A stretch of 64,000 bases of DNA from positions 77,376,001 through 77,440,000 of the forward strand of contig NC_043008.1 in NCBI RefSeq assembly GCF_006345805.1. The letters are read 5' to 3'. This document shows positions 40,886 to 50,349 of the stretch, piece by piece. The position numbers were made by a program, and so were the translations under genes. The notes under the pieces were generated by a model, which did no database searches, was not told the DNA's origin, and worked only from the letters and a program-made list of their open reading frames with translations. Within the stretch, counting starts at the first letter, position 1. Every line of letters begins with the position of its first letter. Source of the DNA: Octopus sinensis (taxonomy: Eukaryota).

Positions 40886-41317
40886 ATAATAACAATAATC
40901 CTTGGATGCAATTTATAAACATTTTAATGCATTGCAACGCGCGTTTCCGTAATCACATGTCTCTTAAGATCATAGTCCGTATTCCTGGCATGATTACAGT
41001 GCACTCCCTAGTATCTGTGGGATCGGGTTGATCTTTTTATGGATTTTTTACCAGTAAAAAGGTTAAGCGAGTTGATTAAACGAGTTATGATGTCGTAACT
41101 CGCTTAAATTTCATATTGGTAAAAAGGAACAAACCTCCTTCGGTTGTACAATGTTATATCGCCTGAAGAAATGAATCCATGAAGATGATCAACCCGATGC
41201 CCATGAACACTACGACTGCACTGTAATCATGCTAGGAATACGGGCTGTGATCTTAAGAGACATGTGATTTGTGGAAATACGCTTAGCGATATTCCATCCA
41301 AGGATTATTGTTATTAT
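40886..41317. repeat. Fold-back/MITE-like element with long inverted arms and an internal nested palindrome
   Basis: ATAATAACAATAATCCTTGGATG / CATCCAAGGATTATTGTTATTAT; AATCACATGTCTCTTAAGATCA / TGATCTTAAGAGACATGTGATT; inner TTAAGCGAGTT / AACTCGCTTAA. Confidence 0.8.
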
Positions 41318-41319
41318 CG

Positions 41320-41380
<61 letters not shown>

Positions 41381-41415
41381 TATATACACACACACACACA
41401 CATACATATGTATAA

Positions 41416-41446
<31 letters not shown>

Positions 41447-41609
41447 TGCATGTGTAGATACACACACACATACGTATATACACATGTATATATATATATA
41501 TATACTCTATTTAAAAGCAGCAGAAATTCAACAAAACCTGTTACTCTACCCCTGGTATTTGAGTACTCTTTTTTCCACCTTGTTTCACATTTATGTGTTT
41601 ACTCCGGTG

Positions 41610-41676
<67 letters not shown>

Positions 41677-41680
<4 letters not shown>

Positions 41681-41911
41681 GTTGTATACTGTCAACTTAA
41701 CATGACGGCCTGTAAGGGAATTACAGCACCGTTGTTTAGCTCTAGGAAGCATCGATGCTTCCTGTCGGCCTTGACACATTTCTTGTGTCCTTATATATTT
41801 ACGAAGAGGAGACAAACACCCCCAACAGCTAGGCCTGCATCTAGAGACATGCATGTTTCTGGGTCTTGCCCATCATCAGTCTAGAGTAGCAGAGGCCTGC
41901 TAGCTGAAGAT
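41677..41911 (-). repeat. Hammerhead-bearing repeat (retrozyme/PLE-pLTR-like), HHR-containing part; split by the Tx1 LINE
   Basis: 41677-41805 is repeated at 47459-47587; contains the HHR; continues at 47332 after the TSD. Confidence 0.8.
41840..41885 (-). ncRNA. Canonical type I hammerhead ribozyme
   Basis: Minus strand TCTAGA-CTGATGA-TGGG-CAAGA-CCCA-GAAA-CATGCATG-TC-TCTAGA: perfect core, 6-bp helix I, 4-bp helix II, palindromic helix III, GUC cleavage site (cut predicted between 41846 and 41845). Confidence 0.88.
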
Positions 41912-42222
41912 GAAATCTTTATTAAAATCATGCGATTTTACATAGAATTGGACATAACAAGACAAACAATTACAAAGAATGTTATGAGAGTTCGAATGAA
42001 ACTTAAAAATTTAGTTATAATGTAACATGAACGAAAACTTGGCTTACTTTTGCCTTTAAACAATCATTGGCTTACTTTATAACGAGAACTTTAGTGCGTT
42101 TTTTTTTTAAACATTAGAAATTACAACATATGTAAAATGAAAAGGGGGGGGAAGTGCCGGTTCCGAATTTTGAACCCGGCAGCCTATAAGGCCCAGCAAC
42201 TAATTTTTCCTTTCTTCGATGA

Positions 42223-45200
42223 TTAAGCTGGGTTACTAACACCCACCTTTCTCATCACATCCTTCCAACGTTTCACATACTCTTTCTGTGGCAGGCTCCT
42301 CTTCTCCAGCCCCATCTTGCTCTCCAGATGATATCTGAAGTATTTTAACAAACCGGGGCCAGAGACAAAGGACCCTGTCACTAAACCTTCCATTCTGGTT
42401 CTCCACACACACTCTTTCAGTACTGCCACCGTACAGTAAAAACAAGCCTTACCTTCCTTTGAGAGTTCAGTTGGCGGTATCATCTTTATCATAGATCCAG
42501 CCGACAGCTGTACTCGTCCCAAATGCGACAACACGTGTTCAACGTAACTTATCAAGCTTGACAGCTCCCGACATTGTACAAAAGCGTGTTGAACGGTTTC
42601 ATCGTCCAACCCACATCTTGGACACGTCGGTGGCACTGACATTCCGTGCCTGGATAACTTATCGCGAACAGGTAATGCATTCCTATAGCACTGCCAGGTC
42701 AGGGATTTTTGGTAATTGTCCAAATACCCCGGCCTGAAAGTCTTCTTAAACAGGTTGGAGAGTTGATTCTCATCGAACCCCAGAGCCCCTCCTAGGACGT
42801 CGTCATTTTTTGCCTCTACCAGCCCTCTATAGAACACCGAGGTGGTATTCCCGCTGCCGGCCTTGCCCACCTTGTGGATCAGCCAGAGTGCTTGTCGACA
42901 CTCCTTCTGCCATAAAGTCAGGTTACGTCTTTTAATGAAACCGGGTTTAAATCTCTCCATAGAGGCCGGTCGCGGGAAGAATTCCTCTGCCAGCGGATTC
43001 CACACCTTATCACCCTCCAGGTGACACCAGAGATGTCTCAGCCTCAACACATGTCTGCGCATCATTAGCCAAGGCATCCCCAGCCCACCCTTTAGCGGTT
43101 CCTGGCAACACACGGAGCGTCTCACTAGTGGCTTTCCTCCCCTCCACAAAAAGCGGAAAAGGAATCGTTCCAACTTGCTTAACCACGAATCGGGGCAAGG
43201 CACGACGGTCAGGCGGTAGGTGATGACAGAGGTTATAAACACCTGTACCACCTCCGCCCTCACTTTCAAGGAAAGATGCCTTCCGGACCACTTCCGTACT
43301 ATAGCTTCTACCTTGTTCGCTACCTCGCTCCAATTCTTCTCCGTCTGGGAGTCTGGACCAAACCAAACTCCGAGCAATTTAACTGGACCATCTGTCCAGT
43401 GTCCAACAACACTGGACGATATCGGCTTGTTCCTCCAGGTGCCGAGGCGCAAACCGGTGGACTTGTCCTTATTAACTTTTGCCCCTGCCACCGCTTCGTA
43501 TCTTCGGAGAGCACCTTCTACACGAGGTAGCTGTGCTTCGTTGGACACGATGAGGGTGACGTCATCCGCATAGGCAGAAACAGACTTACCGCATCCGATT
43601 TCATTAGGGTTGCCTCCCAATTTCTCCAACTTCTGCAGCAATGGCTCAAGAGCCAAAACATACAGGAGCTGGGACAAGGGACACCCTTGACGAACTGAAC
43701 GCTAAATTGAAAACGGCTCCGTTAGGTAACCGTTTATCTGCACTGTAGACTTGATGCCGCTGTACATAGCTGAGATCCACCGCAAAAGCCAGCCCCCCCC
43801 CAGGCCCGCCGCCAAGTACCGATGGTCTACCCTATCGAACGCTTTACTTTGGTCTAAATGGACTAATGCCCCTCCTTTGCCGGCTAATTTCCCGACCCTG
43901 TCTATAGTGTAGCGGAGAAAGGGAAGATTATCCTGGATCGACCTGCCTGGGATTGCACATGTTTGTGCCTTCCCGACAAGTTTCTCCACGACAGCCGTCA
44001 ACCTTTTTGCTAATACCTTGGCCAAAATCTTAAACTCTACATTAAGTAGAGTTATGGGCCTATAATTACTAATACTATCCCCCTTGCTCGGGTCTTTCTG
44101 GACCAGCGTCACAACTTCCCCGCTCACAGAACTGGGAATCCTCCCATTCTGTTGCCAGTTTGCATAGACGCCCGCCAGTATATCCCCGAACAAGTCCGGC
44201 ATACAACAATAGAACTCATAGGGCAGACCATCTAACCCCGGCGACTTTTCCCCGGCGCAACCGGCCATAACCTCTCTTACCTCCGCGGGAGAGATCGATC
44301 CTTCACAGCATTCCGCCTCACGTGTCGAGAGCCGAGGCCCACCGGCTAGGAAGTCCTTTAAGGCCTCCCCTCGCTCGAGCGAACCGCCATCCCAAACAAC
44401 CGGGCGAAATGCTGGTGAAGGACCTTCTGCATCTCCTGTCCATAGATCTTGCGACCCTGCTCGTCAGTTAAAGACTTAATAGAGGACTTTTTGCCCTTCT
44501 GACTCTCCCCACGATGGGCCCATCCGGCAACGTTAATACCTTCTCGTTTCCCTGCACGTAACTTAGCTCTGACTCGACATCCCTCATGCTTGGCGTTGAG
44601 GTGACGGTACAAGACCGTTCTCGCTGCCAACACTCCAGAAGTACAGCCAGATTCCATTGCCTCGTCCAAGTTCTTAACTAATTCGCCCTCTATTCTAGTC
44701 CTATCTAAACTTAGCTGCTTGCTAAATCTAATGGACTCCAAACGGATGGCTCTTTTGAGGGCGATCCACCATCTATTATTAATGATGGTGCCACATAATG
44801 CCCTCTGGACTAATTCCTTAATCCGGGTACGGAAAGCTTCACAAGTCAAAATAGACTTGTTCATTTTCCAGTACCCGGGACCCTGTCTATGGCATTTATC
44901 TACATGTACCTCACACGTCACAAGTTTGTGATCCGTGTAAGGCACAACAGAAAATTGTGGACAGCTAATGCTATTCCTATCTCGTTCCTTAACAACTACC
45001 CTATCTATATACGATCTGCGTGAACCGTCGTTGTTACTCCATGTCCACTGTGGAACGTTCGGCTCATCCAGTTGAAAACGGTCTACTATATTAAAGCTCG
45101 CTAGTAGAGCCTTGAGGCAAGGATTCCCTTTTCTATCAGTCGAGCCCACACTATCGACCCACGCATCTAGAATAGTGTTGAAGTCCCCTACCAAGACTAC

Positions 45201-45566
45201 CGTTTTAGACGTCACTAGAAAGTGCTCCAGGTTCCGATAAAAACCGGTCTGCCTACACCCATTAGGAGCTACCAACCTGAAGGACTGCTTACTCACGTGA
45301 GTCACATCTAGGACAACTAGCCTACCTTCTGGGTCCAGAAAGACAGTACTTACCTCTAAGTCCAAGTTCTTCCTGATAAGGACTGCACCTCCCCCTCGGC
45401 TAGTCTCGTAACCATTGAGAAGTGGCGAGAACGCTTGGGGTCCTTTCATCTTGGACTCGGTGACAATAGCCACATCGATTCTATGTGAAATGAGGTCGTC
45501 CAGCAAACAAGCCTGTTTCCATTTCGACCCCATTCCACTCACATTTATACAGCCCAACTTAATCAT
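42223..45566 (-). pseudogene. Tx1 ORF2 (AP endonuclease-reverse transcriptase) in three frameshifted segments: 44358-45566, 43702-44268, 42223-43677
   Basis: CINVSG, VLVGDFN, SYIDRV, TDHKLV, GPGYWKMN; KSPGLDGLPYEFY, NYRPITLLNVEFKILAKVLA, LDQSKAFDRVDH; AYADDVT, GGLGMP, CPRC..ETVQHAFVQC. Confidence 0.92.
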
Positions 45567-45588
45567 CGAAGAAAGAAAAATAATTTAC

Positions 45589-47095
45589 TTACGGTTGTAG
45601 GAGGGAGCATGACAGCTTATGTCTGCTTGCCTCCCCCACACTCTCCGTTGTTGCTGGGCATTTCACCGGCGTTGCCACCGGGCTCTGGGTTGGTGTGGCT
45701 GCCGGGCTGATGTGCACTCTCCCAGCTATCACCTCCTGGGTGACATCCTTCACATGTTGTTGGAAGAGTCTCTCCTTCCATTCATCCTCGCCGACCCTTG
45801 CATATTTCCATTCAGGGTCCTTCTCTGTAGTTTTATAACATTTGATTTGAGTTCTTGCTTTCAAAAACCACACAACTCTCATTTTTCGCATTATATGCTA
45901 TACACTTATCGTTTGTTTTAAAACCTTTTAAAGTTGGGGGGTGGGGTTTATTGAATTGCTGTCCTACAAACGTAGTACCAGCGGGGTGGGATTGGAAAAT
46001 TTTTTTGTGTTGTTCGTCTGCATTATTAATTTTCTTTTTTGTTTGGGGTGGGGAGTCCGGGGTGTTGAATTTTTTCCTTTTGTTTGTCACAGTCGTATAT
46101 TCCATTTCTTCCTGCTCTTTTTCTTTTGTTAGATTATTTTCCTCCTTTTCTTTTTCGTTTTGTTTTTCATTCTTTTTCTCCTCCTCTTTTTGAATTTCAT
46201 TTTGTTTTTTTTTCCCGTGTTTTCTTTTGTTGTTGCTGTTTGTCTGCTTTGTTGTTCTCTGTGTTTTTCACAGCGTTTTAACCGTTTTTTTTTCCGTGCA
46301 TTTGGAGCGAACGTGGCCCTTCTGTCCGCACTTGAAACATCTGGGCCTGCGTCCCTCCACCGATACACGTATAGTATGCCCCTCCCCCACGAAGACCCTG
46401 TCTGGCAAACTTTCCAGCGTAGAATTGTCTGCTTGAATTATCATCTCAAGCTGTTGGCCTTTCCAATTTGTCGCCTCTTTCTTCCTCATGCTCAATATTG
46501 TTAATTTTTCCTCCACATCAAATATAACTGCTGTTGCCACCCACATTACTTCATAGCCTCTAGGTATGTCTTCAATTGTGACTTTTGCTGTCCTACGCCC
46601 CAAATACGTGAGAAGTAGGAGTATATGTTCGCTTTTCAACGTTTGTGTTGAAATTTCTTTCGCTACGTTAGCCGACTCGAAATGAGCTTCTATCGTAGCG
46701 CTTCTCACTCCTCAGCTAACGTAGCGAACCTTACTCCATATTGGCGCCATACACCTTTCGACTATATCATTTTTCACGTCGGCTATTCTTTTTTCTTTTA
46801 TATTGTAGACCTTGTAAGTAACCGTCTTTTCTCGAATTACCTGCATAGTTTCAGGGGGCGGTATTAATCGCGTTTATTCACCGTTTTTTTAAATTAACTT
46901 TCTGATCTGGAAGAGCTTTTCCATTGCCACTTCCAGTTCTACAACATTGCCGCCTACGGCGTCAGAGAAACTTGGTTTTGCCTGTGTAACCTTTTGTTTG
47001 TCAACGGTTGTGCTTTCTCCCATCTCGGGAAAATCTTTTTTTGAATTTAAGTCAATTTCCATTATAGAAAACAAGAAACTTGTCACAAATGACAA
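45589..47095 (-). pseudogene. Tx1 ORF1 (gag-like nucleic-acid-binding protein), frameshifted
   Basis: Segments 46889-47095, 46268-46708 (EGRRPRCFKCGQKGHVRSKC zinc knuckle), Lys/Glu-rich linker, 45833-46105 and 45589-45891, directly upstream of ORF2. Confidence 0.8.
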
Positions 47096-47331
47096 GAAAA
47101 AAGGGAACTTTTCAAAAATAACCTATACAGGTTAACAGTTCACACAAAACAGAAATTTTCTACCCCGAAGGGCGAAAATTACTGAGTCAAAAGACAACAG
47201 TCCCAAAAAATTTTCACGTGTAACACGAAGACAAAAATGACAAACAGAAACGAACTCACACAACGGCTTGCAATAGAAAAAGGTTTGACGTAATCCGAGG
47301 AAAAATTCAAAAAAGCCTGCTAGCTGAAGAT

Positions 47332-47589
47332 ATCTGTCTAGACTTCGTAAATATATATATATATATATTTTCAGTGAAGTTTATTCACTGATCACCAAAA
47401 TCAGAAATATTAAATTTCTAAATATCTCATAGAGATATGTACGGTGGTGGAGCGATAGAGTGGTTGTATACTGTCAACTTAACGTGACAGTCCTGTAAGG
47501 GAATTAAATTACTGCTATTTAGCCCTAGGAAGCATCGACGCATCCTGTCGGCCTTGACACACTTCCTGTGTCCTTATACATTTACTAGG
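47332..47589 (-). repeat. Remainder of the hammerhead-bearing repeat plus a partial second tandem unit
   Basis: ATCTGTCTAGACTTCGTAAATATATA completes the hairpin begun at 41792; 47459-47587 is a diverged direct copy of 41677-41805. Confidence 0.78.
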
Positions 47590-47713
47590 TTGATATTCTA
47601 CTTAAATCTGTTGAGTGATACTTCATTTCATATTTCACGCTTCTTACCTATAACTCTGGATAACTGAGAAGCGCTTGTTCTTTTCTGTCCCCTTATTTAT
47701 CCTTTCTATAGAA

Positions 47714-48070
47714 GAGCGTTAACTTCATACACTCTGTTTTTAACCTTGTTTTCGTGTTTATGTTTTTGATTTTTCTTCCACACACACATTGCAGTTTATT
47801 TGAGAAAAGAATTACATCTATGCATTAATATAGGAAATATCATTACCCAGGGGAAAGCCAACACGTATGTTGGGGATAAATTTAGGGGAGGAGCCTTTGA
47901 GTTTCACCCCCGACGTACCTGTTGACTTTCTCCTTCGTAAATGCTTTTTCCTATATTTATGCATAAATGTAATTCTTTTCCCAAATAAACTGCAATGTGT
48001 GTGTGTGGAAGAAAAGTTAAAAACAAACACGAAAACAAGGTTAAAAACAGGGTGTATGAAGTTAACGCTC
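47714..48070. repeat. ~124-bp inverted repeat pair with ~110-bp spacer (Penelope-like)
   Basis: 47714-47837 is the reverse complement of about 47947-48070 (GAGCGTTAACTTCATACAC / GTGTATGAAGTTAACGCTC). Confidence 0.8.
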
Positions 48071-48115
48071 ATAAAAATAGGAAGAATTCCCAAATAAACT
48101 GCACTTCGTATTCGA

Positions 48116-48196
48116 GGCTCTGATGAAGCTATAATGTGTTAGTCAAGCACTCGACTATGTATCCATTGCATCACATAGCAGAAACAGCCGTGAGCC
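48116..48196 (+). ncRNA. Type I hammerhead motif, probably inactivated
   Basis: GGCT-CTGATGA-A-GCTAT...ATAGC-A-GAAA-CAGCCG-TG-AGCC; core intact but cleavage triplet is GUG and helix III palindrome is broken. Confidence 0.6.
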
Positions 48197-48347
48197 AATG
48201 AAGCTCACAAGATAATTGTTTATTCCTTTGTCATCTTAATTTCTCATGAGCGTTTTGTATTCGACAAATGCTTCGTTCTGAAGCATATGCATATTGAATT
48301 CTACACTAAGTTATTAGTTTCGCAAGTGAAGTATATAAATGTATATA

Positions 48348-48933
48348 CGGGGTGAAGTCAAAAATTATCCGCACTTTCTCCATAACATATCTTTATTATT
48401 GCTACAGTGCTCTCTGCACAACCGTGCTTATAGTTGGTGCTATTGTGGTCACGTGATCGAAGTTTGAGCCAGATCGCGCCATTTTTATTTCTAGATTTAC
48501 AGTGTAAGCATGGCTGCTCCTCTAGCAATGTGCACCAAAGATGATCAAAGAACAGTGACACGATTTCTCTGGTCGAAAGTTGTATCAGGAGCAGAAATTC
48601 ATCGGAGGCTTTTAGCACGATACGGGGACAGTGCACAACCGCGTAGAAGTAGGTTTGAGTGGATCGAGAAGTTTAAAAGTGACTGGACAAGTGTGACGCA
48701 TAAAGATGGAGCAGGACGGCCGTCAACCTCCACCACCGATGAGAAGATTCTGAAAGCTCGAGGGATTACCATACTTACACTGTAAATCCAGAAATAAAAC
48801 TGGCACTATCAGGCTCAAACTTCGATCACGTAACCACAAAAGTACCAACTATAAGCACGCATGCGTAGAAAGCAGTGTGACAATAATAAAGATATGTTGT
48901 GGTGAAAGTGCGGATAATTTTTAACTTCCCCTC

Positions 48934-48934
<1 letters not shown>
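48348..48934 (+). mobile_element. Mariner-derived element with ~165-bp inverted arms and a transposase N-terminal ORF (48510-48785)
   Basis: TA-flanked; 48348-48512 is the reverse complement of 48769-48934; QRTVTRFLWSKVVSGAEIHRRLLARYGD..FEWIEKFKS..GRPSTSTTDE is the mariner N-terminal HTH region with the GRP motif. Confidence 0.9.
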
Positions 48935-48978
<44 letters not shown>

Positions 48979-50349
48979 ATATATAAATATATGCATATAT
49001 ACATATATATATGTACATATCTACATATATATGTATATATACATGCATATATGGGCACAGGACATAAAAAAAAACAAAACAAAAATGTTGAACACAATAA
49101 GAACCGAAAACATAAAAACAAAAACATGGAAACGAACTTTTTTTCAAACAACGAAAAAACAGAGTACAAGACATACAACACAACGAATTTTCCCCTTCTT
49201 CAGTTGTCCCTGTTTCGTCTACTCCGCGTTCCGAAGGTAAGGACAAGACGCGACTTCATTGAAACAGTCCTTCCCGCAAAGCAAATTAAATAAAATTTGG
49301 GATTTTTTGCGGAGGGTGAAAGTGGTAACAAGAACAGGACAGTAAGAACAAAACAAGACTGTAAAAACAATAAAAAAGTAAAAACTGTAAAAGACAGAAC
49401 AATGAGAACAAAACAGTAAAAACAAACGGTGAAATTATTTTGAACGCTTAAGGAGACAGCTTATTTTACTTTTTTTTTTTACTTCTGATCACTTCCATTC
49501 CTATTCCTATCTATCACCCTTCATTCACTCTTCATGATTCTTTTGTCAACACGCCGTTATCCGTTCATCTTCTTCAGTAATTTTGTGATTTCCTTCAATA
49601 TGATAAAATATCTATAACTCGTGTTTTCTTCGTCTTCTTCTTCCTCCTCCTCCTCGTCTCTCTCTCTCTCGCATTGTCTTTCCTTTACCTCATACACTGT
49701 ACTCTTATACACACATACACGCACACATATATACATATATACACATTCGTCTCGAGAGTCTATATGAAGTCATACCATGAAGTGAGATGTAAATTTGCAC
49801 AGGTTTATGGACCACTAGCACACAATAGGTATCCATGTCCACAATGGATTGCATACACCTAGGTAAGTGTAAGTAGCAATCCAGTTTGTTCTCAAAACAA
49901 AAGTAAAAGAAAATACGCGATTAAAAAGAGGCCTAGTTTGATTTTTTAAAGGATTTTCCAGATCTCGATCTAATTGCAAGATAAGTTAATAGCTAGGTGA
50001 ACTGTGTCACCAGCCTGAGAGTGACTATTTTGAGTGACACTCCAGCTGCATTGGACAAATTGTGTACAGGTAATTTTACAATGTTACCAATGCTTACTCT
50101 CCTACACTGTTGTTTCTATCATGTCTATAGCAATGATAAGTCACTGTACATAGTAACAACAAATTATGCATAATAATTTTATTAAGTTATAATTACATGG
50201 ATTTTAGTAGATGTTCAGTTATTAACTTCTAGAGATATTTCTATATGAAATCAACTTTCAATATTCCTATTCTATGAATTATATCACCACACACCCCTTC
50301 ATTTAAACTTAACGCATTTTTGACACTTGTTTCCTCTTGGCTTCCATTT

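Larger units (their letters stand above)
41912..47314 (-). mobile_element. Full-length Tx1-clade (L1 group) non-LTR retrotransposon, 5.4 kb
   Basis: Exact 17-bp TSD GCCTGCTAGCTGAAGAT at 41895-41911 and 47315-47331; ORF1 with CCHC knuckle, ORF2 with APE + RT + C-terminal Cys motif; 3' end AATAAAGATTTC without poly(A). Confidence 0.93.

Noticed and set aside
49803-49862. 60-nt candidate exon with CAG acceptor and GTAAGT donor
   Set aside because: Stop codons in all three frames and no partner exon; at most non-coding
50241-50349. Novel C-terminal extension of the 472-aa RT ORF as a fusion gene
   Set aside because: Read-through of a 3'-truncated LINE into flanking DNA; upstream ORF2 is frameshifted
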